DNA from: a virus
Taxonomy: Duplodnaviria; Caudoviricetes
Direction: 5' to 3' (one strand)
Virus record (IMG/VR): IMGVR_UViG_3300011441_000002
Coordinates: 1-43,665 of that record
DNA: 43,665 nucleotides
Made by a program: the position numbers and the translations under genes. The notes beneath the pieces were generated by a model. It was not told the DNA's origin, searched no databases, and saw nothing but the letters and a program-made list of their open reading frames with translations. Shown here piece after piece: positions 25,913 through 35,530 of this stretch (within the stretch, counting starts at the first letter, position 1; each line of letters opens with the position of its first letter).

Positions 25913-26359
25913 ATGGCTATCGTCAATACGCCCGTCTCCCAGACCTACGCGCGGTTCCTCTCGCTCGTCTGGTCCTACTTCCTGCCCGCGTCGATCACCG
26001 CGTCCACTGGTGGGGGTGCCGTCACCCTCACGGCGGCGCAGGTGCTCGGCGGGCTGCTCGTCGTCGACACGCAGGACGCCCAGACGGCGACCCTGCCGAC
26101 GGCGACGCTCTTGGCCGCCGCCCTGCCGGGTGGCGTGCAGGTCGGCTCGTCCGTCCTGTTCTACGTCCGTAACGTCGGGGATTCGACGCTCACGATCGCG
26201 GTTGGCACCGGCATCACCAGTGCGACGGGCAACACGCTGACCGTGGCGACCGTCAGCACGCGGATGTTCCTGCTGCGCTGCACGGCGGTCGCGCTGTCGA
26301 GCGATCCGGCGTCGGCCTACACGTTCACGCTGTACTCGATCGGCGTGTCGGCCCACTAG
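25913..26359 (+). CDS. Putative capsid decoration protein
   Basis: TLTAAQVLGGLL...TLPTATLL...TIAVGTGIT; strong RBS. Confidence 0.65.
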   Translation: MAIVNTPVSQTYARFLSLVWSYFLPASITASTGGGAVTLTAAQVLGGLLVVDTQDAQTATLPTATLLAAALPGGVQVGSSVLFYVRNVGDSTLTIAVGTGITSATGNTLTVATVSTRMFLLRCTAVALSSDPASAYTFTLYSIGVSAH

Positions 26360-26366
26360 ACCAGAC

Positions 26367-26392
26367 CGGGGCGGGCTCTCGGGCTCGCCCCG
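26367..26392 (+). terminator. GC-rich hairpin after the capsid genes
   Basis: cggggcgggc-tctcgg-gctcgccccg; weak U-tract. Confidence 0.5.
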
Positions 26393-26408
26393 TCTCTGCG
26401 AGGGACGC

Positions 26409-26639
26409 ATGGAGTTTCCGCGATTGCTCTACCGAGGGGCGCCCGAGTCGGCCGAGTACTGCACGGTCGACACCGAGGATGCGCTCGCCATCAAACTGGA
26501 CGAGGGCTGGCGACTGCGTCGGCGCGATGTGGTGTCCGTCGTCGAGCCGACCGTGCTCGACCCTGAGCCGGCGGTCGAGGTGCCGGAGCCCGTGCCCGTC
26601 AAGCGGGGCCCGGGCCGGCCGCGCAAGGTCCGCGAGTAG
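26409..26639 (+). CDS. Small protein with an AT-hook-like tail
   Basis: EFPRLLY...EGW...KRGPGRPRK. Confidence 0.7.
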   Translation: MEFPRLLYRGAPESAEYCTVDTEDALAIKLDEGWRLRRRDVVSVVEPTVLDPEPAVEVPEPVPVKRGPGRPRKVRE

Positions 26640-26642
26640 GCG

Positions 26643-27383
26643 ATGGCTGTCACCATCACGCAGCTCTGTCTCGACGCCGCGCACGAACTCAATGTGCCGG
26701 ACATCGACGACGTGCAATTCCCGCCGAACCTCGCCCAGTTCTTCCTGCTGCGCCTCAATCGCTTGCTCGACGCGTGGAATGCCGACCACGGCGCCAGCTA
26801 CGCCCAACAGTTCGTCACCTACACGCTGACGCCCGCCCTGTCGCCCCACACTATCGGGCCGAGCGGCGCGACCTTCACGACGCCGGGCAATCGGCCGGTC
26901 ACGATCGACGGCGCCTCGCTCATCTACCCGTCGACCCCGGCCAGCGCCTATATGCCGATCAACCTGCGCGACGCGCAATGGTGGTCGGCGCAACAGGTGC
27001 CGGGGCTGTCGACGCAGGACCCGACCGACCTGTACTACGAGCCGACCTGGCCCAACGGCAGCCTCTACTTCTGGCCGGTGCCGAACGCGGCGAAGGATGT
27101 CGAGCTGCAGTTCCGGCGCGTGCTGCTCGAGGTCGCGCTCCCCGACACGTTCTCGCTCCCGCCAGGCTACCAGGACGCGATCACGCTGACGCTCGCCGAG
27201 ATGTGCCAGCGGTCGGTCGGCAAGCCGTCCCGGCCTGACCTGCGCGCGGACGCGGCGATGGCGCGGGCGCGCATCTTCGCCGTGAACATCGGAACGCCGA
27301 CACTCTGCACGCAGGACAGCGGTATGCCGTCGGTCACCGACTCCCCGAACTTCCCGACCTGGAACTACCTCACAGGATCCTAA
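26643..27383 (+). CDS. Head-tail adaptor (gp4-like)
   Basis: LNRLLDAWN, RPVTIDGA, LYFWPVP, LPPGYQDAITLTLA. Confidence 0.8.
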   Translation: MAVTITQLCLDAAHELNVPDIDDVQFPPNLAQFFLLRLNRLLDAWNADHGASYAQQFVTYTLTPALSPHTIGPSGATFTTPGNRPVTIDGASLIYPSTPASAYMPINLRDAQWWSAQQVPGLSTQDPTDLYYEPTWPNGSLYFWPVPNAAKDVELQFRRVLLEVALPDTFSLPPGYQDAITLTLAEMCQRSVGKPSRPDLRADAAMARARIFAVNIGTPTLCTQDSGMPSVTDSPNFPTWNYLTGS

Positions 27384-27385
27384 CC

Positions 27386-27724
27386 ATGAGCCTTGCAGGC
27401 TGTCTTGATGTGCAGTTACTCAATGCCCAAACGGTCGACGAAAAGACGAGCGAAGCCGTCGATGTCAAAGGCGCCACCCAGGTGGCTGTCTACGTCACCG
27501 GCGCCGGGACGCTCGCGTCCGGGGTGGTGACGATCGAAGAGGCGCCGGAGCGCGACTACGCCGGGACGTGGAGCACGATCACCACGGTCGCCGCGGCCGA
27601 CGTCACCGGCGGCCAGACCATCGGGGTCCACATGGCGGCGGGGTCGTCGGCGTTCATTCGCACGCGTATCTCGACGGTGGTGGCCGGCGGCGGCACCATC
27701 TCGACGCGGCTGGTAGCGAGTTAA
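27386..27724 (+). CDS. Small beta-rich virion protein
   Basis: GTLASGVVTIEEA...WSTI...FIRTRIST. Confidence 0.65.
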   Translation: MSLAGCLDVQLLNAQTVDEKTSEAVDVKGATQVAVYVTGAGTLASGVVTIEEAPERDYAGTWSTITTVAAADVTGGQTIGVHMAAGSSAFIRTRISTVVAGGGTISTRLVAS

Positions 27725-27727
27725 GTC

Positions 27728-28909
27728 ATGGCCGACTCCATCTATCTCGGCGGCGGCGGCGCGGTCACGGTCGACGCGGCGGGGGCGCTGGACGGGGACG
27801 GGTCGATTGCTGATCCGCTGGCCGTCATTGTCGACGGCGTCACCATCACGATCAACGGCTCCAACCAACTCACGACGACGGCCGGCGGCGGCAATGTGTC
27901 GGCGGCGGGCACGCTGGCGAATAACGCGGTCGTCATCGGCCAGGGCACGACGGCCGTTGCCACCACGACCACGGGCACCGGCATTTTGACCGCGTTGGGC
28001 GTGAATGTCGGCTCGGCCGGGGCCCCGGTGGTCCAGAACGGCGCCCTCGGGACGCCTTCGAGCGGCACGCTGACCAACGCGACCGGCCTGCCGGTGGCGA
28101 CGGGTGTCGGCGGCCTGGGCACTGGTGTCGCGACGGCGCTGGCGGTGAACGTGGGGTCGGCCGGCGCGCCGGTCGTGCTCAACGGTGCGCTCGGCACGCC
28201 GTCGAGTGGGACGTTGACGAGTGCGACCGGGTTGCCGCTCACGACCGGCGTCACCGGCGCGCTACCGATTGCGAACGGGGGCACCGCCAACACGACCGCC
28301 ACCGCGGCGTTCGATGCGCTCGCCCCGACGACGACGGCCGGCGATGTCAGCTACCACAACGGGACCGACAACGTGCGGCTCGGCGTCGGCACGGCCGGGC
28401 AAGTGCTGACGGTGAATGCGGGCGCGACGGCGCCGGAGTGGGCCACACCAGGCGCCGGCGGCGCCGGGGCGGTCGTAAACCTGAAAACGTTCTTTGCCGA
28501 CGTGGCGACCACGGGGACATCCATCGAAACGCTGGCGACCTATGCGATGCCGGGCGGCACGCTCGGTGTCGATGGCGATGCGCTCAGCCTGAAAGCGTGG
28601 TTCATCGGCACGCAGAATGCCACCAATACGCTGACGATTACGTTTGGTGGCACCACGCTAATTGTCGCCACGCTCACAACTGGTCCCGCGGGGTTCGTCG
28701 AGATCGTCTTGTATCGCTTAGGGGCGACGACGCAAAAGGCGGCGGCCTTTAAAAATACGAATGCTTCGGGATACGAAAACATCACGCAGACCACCCCGGC
28801 TGAAACGCTGTCGGGGTCAATCAACATCTTGATTCGGGGCACGTCGGCGACCGGCGCGGGCGCGGTCACGTTCAAAGCCGCCACCATCACGAAGATCCCG
28901 GCGCAGTAA
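27728..28909 (+). CDS. Tail fibre-like protein
   Basis: G/T/A-rich; 48-aa tandem repeat (27995-28258); LPIANGGT and GTAGQVLT motifs; AT-richer C-terminal domain. Confidence 0.75.
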   Translation: MADSIYLGGGGAVTVDAAGALDGDGSIADPLAVIVDGVTITINGSNQLTTTAGGGNVSAAGTLANNAVVIGQGTTAVATTTTGTGILTALGVNVGSAGAPVVQNGALGTPSSGTLTNATGLPVATGVGGLGTGVATALAVNVGSAGAPVVLNGALGTPSSGTLTSATGLPLTTGVTGALPIANGGTANTTATAAFDALAPTTTAGDVSYHNGTDNVRLGVGTAGQVLTVNAGATAPEWATPGAGGAGAVVNLKTFFADVATTGTSIETLATYAMPGGTLGVDGDALSLKAWFIGTQNATNTLTITFGGTTLIVATLTTGPAGFVEIVLYRLGATTQKAAAFKNTNASGYENITQTTPAETLSGSINILIRGTSATGAGAVTFKAATITKIPAQ

Positions 28910-28915
28910 CCCCCG

Positions 28916-30079
28916 ATGGCATCAAGCGTGTACTTGGCGACGAGCTGCGGGAGCGGAGGCGACTGCGTGCCGAGCGATGTCGGGATCGTGAACGTCAAGG
29001 CGGCGCCGTACAACGCCACTGGCGACGGGACCACCGACGACACGGCCGCGATCCAGGCGGCAATCGATGCGGCGTTCGGCTCGGCCGCGTCGCCGCACGG
29101 CACCGACTACTACCTCAACAAGCAACTGTATTTCCCGCCGGGCCACTACCGGGCCGACGACCTGTTGCTGTCGAAGGTGCAGGGCGGGCGCATCCTCGGC
29201 GCCGGCCGGTTCGTTACCACAATTCAGACGCTGACTGCCGGCGTGCCGGCGATGCGTACGAACGGGTTCGGGTACTGCCACGTCGAGGGGATCCATTTCC
29301 AGGCGTCGGGATCGACGCCGGTGTTCGACCTGGACTACGACGGCAGCGGCGGCGGCGCGGCACTACAAAGTAATACGTTCCTGGATTGCTTCTACCAGGG
29401 CGCGTCGTTCGGCGTGCAGATCGCCGCCTCCACGTTCATGGGGTCGGAAAACCTGTTTCTGAATTGCTTTTTCATCAGCCACAGCGGCGCCGGACTGCTT
29501 ATCAGCGCGTCGAATGCGTTGCAACAGACGGTCATCGGCGGCAACTTCCAGGCGTGCGGCAAGGGGATCTGGGTCGCCTCCGGGTCGTGCCCGATCATTC
29601 ACGGCGTTGGTTTTCAGCAGTCGGCCGACTACGACATCCGGGTCGACAACTCGACCAATTCCAACGCGATGTCGATCCAGGGGTGCCGCACCGAGAGCAC
29701 GAATTTCTACATTGGCGGCGTGCCGGTGTCGATCGTCGCGTGCGCGCATACGAGCGGGACCGCCACGAATGGTGATTTTGCCGTCCTGAACGGCAACCAC
29801 GCGCACATCCAGAACTGCTACTCGACGCACGGCCGTCTGGTGCCGAAGTTCTGGGTGCAGCTCCGGCTGGCGGAATCGACCTTCGACCGCGCAGATGCTT
29901 TCCAGCCTGACGGGCTGTGGTTCGTGCCCAACAACGCGACCGCCGCCAATATTGAGATGGAAAGCGTGTTCTTCGAGAACGCCCACATTCTCCGCCAGCG
30001 CGTGACCGCGGACCCCGACGAAGGCCCGACGAACTACCTGAGTTTCGACTACGAAGTCGCGGCCGGAGTGCCGCACTAG
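28916..30079 (+). CDS. Pectate-lyase-like beta-helix tailspike/depolymerase
   Basis: NVKAAPYNATGDGTTDDTAAIQAAID...LYFPPGHY, followed by beta-helix repeats. Confidence 0.85.
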   Translation: MASSVYLATSCGSGGDCVPSDVGIVNVKAAPYNATGDGTTDDTAAIQAAIDAAFGSAASPHGTDYYLNKQLYFPPGHYRADDLLLSKVQGGRILGAGRFVTTIQTLTAGVPAMRTNGFGYCHVEGIHFQASGSTPVFDLDYDGSGGGAALQSNTFLDCFYQGASFGVQIAASTFMGSENLFLNCFFISHSGAGLLISASNALQQTVIGGNFQACGKGIWVASGSCPIIHGVGFQQSADYDIRVDNSTNSNAMSIQGCRTESTNFYIGGVPVSIVACAHTSGTATNGDFAVLNGNHAHIQNCYSTHGRLVPKFWVQLRLAESTFDRADAFQPDGLWFVPNNATAANIEMESVFFENAHILRQRVTADPDEGPTNYLSFDYEVAAGVPH

Positions 30080-30080
30080 C

Positions 30081-31196
30081 GTGGCGATTTGGCAAGGCTT
30101 CTGCGGTGGGTCGGCGACCGCCCGGAGCCGGAATGTCAACGCCGAAAGGACAGTGAATTGGTTTCCAGAAGTCCCGGCCGGCACAGCGAAGGTGCCGTCC
30201 TGGCTGGTGCCGACGCCCGGCGTGCGACCACACGTCGTGCTCGACAATGCGCCGGTGCGGGCGCTGTTCTCGCAAGATGGCCGCGCCTTCGCGGTCTCGG
30301 GGACGTCGTTCTACGAGTTCTTCCCGAATCACACGACGGCGCTGCGCGGCTCGACCACGCTCGACGGCCGGCCGGCGACCATCTCGAGCAACGGCACCGG
30401 CGGCAATCAACTCTTCATCACGTCCGGCGGTAACGGCTTCATCTATAACCTCCTGACCAATGCGATCGCGCTGATCACCGATCCCGACTTCCCGGTGCCG
30501 GTCGAAATGGGCTGGTTCTCGGATGCCTACTTCGGCGCGCTCAAACGGGGCACCAATCAGTTCAACATCTCGGCGCTGAACGACGGGACGGCCTGGGATG
30601 CGCTCGACGTGTTCGGCACCAGCACGACCAGCGACCTCACCGTTGCCCAAGTCGTCTCGCATCGGGAGATCCCGACCATCGGCTCGCGCAATACGGCCGT
30701 CTGGCAGAACACGGGCGATGCCGACGTGCCCTACCAGCCGATCGGAGGCATCTCGGTCGAGCAGGGCTGTGCCGCCGCCTACTCGGCCATCACGCTCGAC
30801 AACACGGTGTACTTCCTCGGCCAGAACGCGCACGGCGACTGCGCGGTGTTGCGCTTCACCGGCGGCTACCAGGTCGAGCGCATCTCGACCCCCGCGGTGG
30901 AGTTCGCGCTGCGGCAGGCCGCCCATGTCGACGACGCCATCGCCTGGGCGTACGAGGACGAGCATCACACGTTCTATGTGCTCTACGTGCCGACGCTCGA
31001 AACGACCTGGGTGTACGACGTCTCGACGCAGGTCTGGCACGAGCGGGCGCACTGGGATCCGCAGAAGATGCGCTGGTTTCCGCACGTCGGCCGCTGTCAC
31101 TGTTTCGCGTGGGGCAAGCACTTCGTCGGCGCGCGCAACTCGGGCGCCATCTACGAGATGAGTGCCGAGCTGCACACCGACACGCTGGTCGTTTAA
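30081..31196 (+). CDS. P22 gp10-like tail nozzle, N-terminal part
   Basis: VNWFPE, LVPTPG, GCAAAYS, RISTPAVE, HTFYVL, TWVYDVSTQVWHER; lacks the usual C-terminal domain. Confidence 0.85.
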   Translation: MAIWQGFCGGSATARSRNVNAERTVNWFPEVPAGTAKVPSWLVPTPGVRPHVVLDNAPVRALFSQDGRAFAVSGTSFYEFFPNHTTALRGSTTLDGRPATISSNGTGGNQLFITSGGNGFIYNLLTNAIALITDPDFPVPVEMGWFSDAYFGALKRGTNQFNISALNDGTAWDALDVFGTSTTSDLTVAQVVSHREIPTIGSRNTAVWQNTGDADVPYQPIGGISVEQGCAAAYSAITLDNTVYFLGQNAHGDCAVLRFTGGYQVERISTPAVEFALRQAAHVDDAIAWAYEDEHHTFYVLYVPTLETTWVYDVSTQVWHERAHWDPQKMRWFPHVGRCHCFAWGKHFVGARNSGAIYEMSAELHTDTLVV

Positions 31197-31198
31197 CT

Positions 31199-32881
31199 AT
31201 GGCTGCCCCGACCAATCAGACCCCGGCGACGGCGATTCCGATCAGCCTGGACTATTCGGACACGCTGGTCGATGTCGATCTCGCCACGCCGGCCAACAAC
31301 TGCGACGTCTGGTACAGCTATCTCCCGAGCGCGGCGGGGGTGGTCGGGTGGTTCGCGTCCGAGTTCGTCAGCGCGAATTACACGCCCAGGACGACCGTGT
31401 GGACCGGGCCGATCGGCTCGCTGGTGCAGCTCTTTCCTACTGCGGCGACAAATGTGCCGCTCCAGCATCCGGTGGTCGCTGGCACGATCTACTACTACCG
31501 CGTTCGCAATAGTTCGGGGCTGACACCGGCCGCGAGTACGACGCTGACGATCTCGGCGCTGACGGCTCCGGCCCTGGCCGCGCCGGTCGGGTCCATCCTC
31601 GTTAATGACGACGAAGTCGGGTTTGCAGCGGCGCTGCTGTCGCGCACCGATGGCACGGTGCTGCAGTTCAAGCTGAACGTCGCGGCAGGCGAAGCGGGCG
31701 ACCTGCTGGCCGATTCCGAAACGATCGCGCTCGAGGACATCGACGACGACACGATCAAAATCTACGACGCCACGCTGGGCGAGCTGTACTCCGTGGCGTG
31801 GCCGGCGGATCCGGACTGGACGCCGGTCATCCGGAGTCATGTGCAGTCGGGTATGTACTTCGTGGGGCACAGTGGTGACAGCGGCCAAGTCGCCCAAGCG
31901 ACCACGCTCAATCCTGACGGGACGTGGGGGCTCGTGACCTGGGATCTGGCGGGCGACGGCATGACCGCACTCGCGGCCAGCGTCGACGGCACGATCCTCT
32001 ACTACGTGCGGCAGGGCGGCGGGTTGGGCCAGGTCGAGCGATACGACCTCGTGAACGACCTGCCGTTGTCGAACTTGGTGGCGGCTGTCGCCGGTTATTC
32101 CAGTTACGACATCTTCGTCCTGTCCGACGACTCGGTCCTCGTGAGTTACGTCGACATCTCGCCGAATGATTCCTTTGTGCGGCACTACAGCGCGGCCGGG
32201 GCCACGCTGCACACCTACGCGATCGGCGCGGTGCTGACCTCAGTCCCGATGCGGATGGCGCGCGACCCGCAGGGCGATACGAGTTTCTGGGTGATGTACG
32301 CGGACGCGACCGACAACGGGATCATTCACGTCGACCGGATCCAAGTGTCGGATGGCACCGTGCTCGAGTCGCTCGACAACGTCGTCTTCGATGGCGGCGT
32401 GTATCGGGGCACCTCGGCGGCCGATAACCCGCGCTTTGGGCAGTCGAACTCGTGCCCCTTACTGCTGCCGCCGTGGGACATCCCCGGGGGGAGTGAGCCG
32501 ACGCCGACGCCGACACCGGAAGAGGGCGGCTTCACCTTGGAGACGCTGATCCCGCGTCGGCTGCGCCGGGCGCCGCACCTGTCGCTCGAGCAGCGCGTGC
32601 GCTTCTTCTCGCAACTGCAGATTGACCTGGAGTCCGGCCGTGGCGCCGTGACGGGTCAAGGCGTCGACCCGGTGCTGATGGTGCGGTTCTCGAAGGACGG
32701 CGCCCACACCTGGGGCAACGAGCGGCATCTCAGTGCCGGAGCCATCGGGCAGTACGCACGTCGGGCGATGGCGTGGATGATCGGCCGCTGCCGGCAGCTC
32801 TGTCTCGAGGTCGTCGTCAGCGACCCGGTCGCCTGGAACCTGATGGCGGTGTACGTCGAAGAAGAGGACGGCGAGAGCTAG
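31199..32881 (+). CDS. Beta-sandwich/propeller-like module fused to the gp10 C-terminal domain
   Basis: After the PTPTPTP linker: RRLRRAPHL...LQIDLESG...DPVLMVRFSKDGAHTWGNE...SDPV. Confidence 0.75.
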   Translation: MAAPTNQTPATAIPISLDYSDTLVDVDLATPANNCDVWYSYLPSAAGVVGWFASEFVSANYTPRTTVWTGPIGSLVQLFPTAATNVPLQHPVVAGTIYYYRVRNSSGLTPAASTTLTISALTAPALAAPVGSILVNDDEVGFAAALLSRTDGTVLQFKLNVAAGEAGDLLADSETIALEDIDDDTIKIYDATLGELYSVAWPADPDWTPVIRSHVQSGMYFVGHSGDSGQVAQATTLNPDGTWGLVTWDLAGDGMTALAASVDGTILYYVRQGGGLGQVERYDLVNDLPLSNLVAAVAGYSSYDIFVLSDDSVLVSYVDISPNDSFVRHYSAAGATLHTYAIGAVLTSVPMRMARDPQGDTSFWVMYADATDNGIIHVDRIQVSDGTVLESLDNVVFDGGVYRGTSAADNPRFGQSNSCPLLLPPWDIPGGSEPTPTPTPEEGGFTLETLIPRRLRRAPHLSLEQRVRFFSQLQIDLESGRGAVTGQGVDPVLMVRFSKDGAHTWGNERHLSAGAIGQYARRAMAWMIGRCRQLCLEVVVSDPVAWNLMAVYVEEEDGES

Positions 32882-32883
32882 CC

Positions 32884-33816
32884 GTGGCGCAGTCCAATTA
32901 TCCGCGGCGTCTCGGCCGGCTGATCGACCCGGCGACCGGACTGGTCGAGCGCGACTGGGCCGCGTTCTTCGACGCACTGGCGACGCTCATCACCGGCGGC
33001 GGCGGCGGCGGGGCGATCACCGGCCTGAGCGGCGACGGCACCGCCAGTGGGCCCGGGGTGGTGCCGCTCACGCTGGCCGTCACCGGCGTCACGCCGGGTG
33101 CCTACGGCAACGCGACGAATGTCGGGTCGTTCACAGTCGACGCCAAGGGGCGGCTCACGCTGGCGGCGAACGTGCCGATCACGGCCACGGGGGCGCCCAC
33201 GGCCGCCGAGTATCTGGTCGGCGCCCTGCACGCCGGGCTGAGTGCCGAGCGGCTGGTCACCAATACCCCGACGGCCGTGTGGGACCTGGCGACCGGCGGC
33301 CAAGCCAAGGTGGACGTGCAGCCGGAAACCGTGCCGGTCGCCGTCGACGCCGCCGGCGCGCTGGACGGCGACGGGTTGACCGCGTCGCCGCTGGCGGTGC
33401 GGGTCGACAACACCACGATCCAGATCAACGGGGCGAACGACCTGGAGGTGATCGCCGCGGCGTCGCCGGTGCGGGTCATCGGGATCACCGTGGACGGCGG
33501 CGGCGCGGCGATCACGCCCGGCCTCAAGGGGTATGCGCAGTGCCCGTCAAGCGGGACGATCTCGTCCTGGACGGTGCTGGCGGATCAGGTAGGCGATGTC
33601 GAGTTCGACGTGTTCGTCGACCCGCTCGCCTCCTTTCCGCCGACCACGAGCGTGGTTGCCGCGGCGCCGCCGGAACTGGTCGCGGCCGACAGCGACACCG
33701 ATAGCACGCTCACCGGCTGGTCGACGGCGGTCACGGCTGGCGATGTGTTCGGATTCGAGGTCATCTCGGCGGCCACTCTCGAGCGGGTCACGCTGCAGAT
33801 CGAGGTGACCCCGTAA
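32884..33816 (+). CDS. Tail needle/fibre-like protein
   Basis: LIDPATGLVERDWAAFF N-terminus; GVTPGAYG...TVDAKGRLT fibre motif; C-terminal beta domain. Confidence 0.7.
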   Translation: MAQSNYPRRLGRLIDPATGLVERDWAAFFDALATLITGGGGGGAITGLSGDGTASGPGVVPLTLAVTGVTPGAYGNATNVGSFTVDAKGRLTLAANVPITATGAPTAAEYLVGALHAGLSAERLVTNTPTAVWDLATGGQAKVDVQPETVPVAVDAAGALDGDGLTASPLAVRVDNTTIQINGANDLEVIAAASPVRVIGITVDGGGAAITPGLKGYAQCPSSGTISSWTVLADQVGDVEFDVFVDPLASFPPTTSVVAAAPPELVAADSDTDSTLTGWSTAVTAGDVFGFEVISAATLERVTLQIEVTP

Positions 33817-34913
33817 TGGCGATTCCTGGATGCCTCGTGCCGCCGCTGCCGCCGGGCCAGATCGAAGGCAACTTCCCGGTGTTCGTCAGCGGACTATTGA
33901 ACGCCGCCGATGAAGGGGCCGGGAACATCTGTCAGGCGCCGGTCGACGGCGTTATCGCGGCCATCTGGGTCGCGTGGCGCCTTGTCAATACCGGGTCGAC
34001 GATGGAAGGGCGACTCGAAAGCGTCGACCTGACCACGGGCCTCCCGTCCGGCGCGCTGGTGGCGGCGGGCGCCGACGGCACGCTGGTCGTCAACAACGCC
34101 GACGACAACGTCTGCGCGCGGATCCCGCTGACGACGCCGCCGACGGTGGTGGCGGGCGACTACCTCGCGCCGCTCGTGAAGCAGCCGACCGTGGGGTTCG
34201 GCAGTCTGAACATTGCGCAGGGCACGTCGCCAGCCGCGCAGACGCGGATGCCCTACGGCGTCGCGGATACCGGCGCCGGGTACACGCCCTTTGCGACCAA
34301 TGCGCCGAACCTGATGGCGCTGGAATACGACACCGGCGTCATCTACGGCATCGAAGGGGTGCATCCGCCGGCCAGCGCGATCACCTCGACGGCCCTGTCG
34401 ACCTCGACGACGCCCGACGTGATCGGCATGCGGGCCGTGTTCGGCGACACGGTGCTCGTGAATGGCGGCTGGATCTGGATGGATCTGGAAGGCGATGCCA
34501 ACCTGCGACTCGTGACGGACGCCTACAACCAGGGCGCCGGCACCGGGATCCTCGCCTCGGTCGCGCTGAGCGCGCCGGTGCGAAACGCCACGACGCCGGG
34601 GCTGTGGCGGGTGTCGTTCCCTGACGTGACGCTCACGGCGGGCACGCCGTACCGCTGGGTGATTGAGCCGACGACGACCACGAGCCTCACGGCCTACGAC
34701 TTCACGACGGATTCGCTGGCGCTGATGAACGCGTGGGGCGGCGATGACGGCGCGCAACTCTGTTTCACGAGCGCCAAGGACCCGACCGGCAGCGGGTCGT
34801 GGACGGATTTCAATACTGGGACGTTTCGGCACTTCTACGGCGGCTTGCGCGTCCGCGGCGTGACCGCGGGCAGCGGTGGCGGGGGCGGCGGCGCGTTCAC
34901 GTTTGTCGGCTAA
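33816..34913 (+). CDS. Virion structural/receptor-binding protein
   Basis: Beta-rich, two-domain appearance; lies in the tail module. Confidence 0.6.
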   Translation: MAIPGCLVPPLPPGQIEGNFPVFVSGLLNAADEGAGNICQAPVDGVIAAIWVAWRLVNTGSTMEGRLESVDLTTGLPSGALVAAGADGTLVVNNADDNVCARIPLTTPPTVVAGDYLAPLVKQPTVGFGSLNIAQGTSPAAQTRMPYGVADTGAGYTPFATNAPNLMALEYDTGVIYGIEGVHPPASAITSTALSTSTTPDVIGMRAVFGDTVLVNGGWIWMDLEGDANLRLVTDAYNQGAGTGILASVALSAPVRNATTPGLWRVSFPDVTLTAGTPYRWVIEPTTTTSLTAYDFTTDSLALMNAWGGDDGAQLCFTSAKDPTGSGSWTDFNTGTFRHFYGGLRVRGVTAGSGGGGGGAFTFVG

Positions 34914-34936
34914 GCGTGTGAACGGAGGGTAGCTAT

Positions 34937-35530
34937 ATCTCGTTGTGGGGGAAATTGGCTGGGATCGGGCTCGGCGTCGCCGGTGTCGCCACCGGCAACC
35001 CTGGGCTCATCGTGGCGGGGGCGAGTGTGCTTGGCAGCGACGTCTCGGCCGAGGGCGCGAAGAAGTCGTCCGAGCAACTGGTCGCGTCGACCGAGCAGGC
35101 GCGCGCCGAGTCCAATGCACGGTACGACGCGACACGCAACGAACAGCGCGGCGTCTACGAGCGCGGCGCCTCGGGCTTCTCGCCGTACATGAATCTCGGC
35201 GCGAGTGTCGTGCCGACGCTCGGGTCGATGGTCGGCCAGACGTCGCTGCCGCAAGCGCCGGGGGTCGTGCTGCCGTCGGCCGCGCCGGCCGCGGCGATGC
35301 CGACCGTGCCGACGCTCGGGGCAATGGCCCAGACGCCGGTGATGGCCGCGCCGGATCTCCAGATGCGATCACAGCAGCAGGCGTCGCAATACGGTAAGAA
35401 TCCCGACCGGGCCGAGCAGGCGCCGGTGCGCGAGCAGGTGCTCATACAAGCACCGGACGGAGAGCGGCGGTATGTGCCGCGGCGGCTCGCGGATAAGTTC
35501 GTGGCCCGCGGCGCGCAGGTGGTCGGGTAA
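34937..35530 (+). CDS. gp7-like ejection protein, N-terminal part (start ATC 34937 or TTG 34943)
   Basis: Gly-rich hydrophobic N-terminus; GAKKSSEQL...FSPYMNLG. Confidence 0.65.
   Translation: MSLWGKLAGIGLGVAGVATGNPGLIVAGASVLGSDVSAEGAKKSSEQLVASTEQARAESNARYDATRNEQRGVYERGASGFSPYMNLGASVVPTLGSMVGQTSLPQAPGVVLPSAAPAAAMPTVPTLGAMAQTPVMAAPDLQMRSQQQASQYGKNPDRAEQAPVREQVLIQAPDGERRYVPRRLADKFVARGAQVVG

Noticed and set aside
24605-26410. 601-aa minus-strand ORF and similar long shadow ORFs (15866-17020, 29595-31175, 38984-40666, 39243-40772)
   Set aside because: These are Arg/Gly-rich alternative frames of clear genes, expected at high GC3, with no recognisable motifs.
27995-28258. DGR template/variable repeat pair
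   Set aside because: Differences are mostly synonymous and not adenine-specific, and no reverse transcriptase is encoded. This is an ordinary fibre repeat.
31199-32545. Intein or intron explaining the gp10 interruption
   Set aside because: No C/S...HN intein ends, no homing endonuclease and no recognisable intron structure. The insert looks like an extracellular beta-rich domain.
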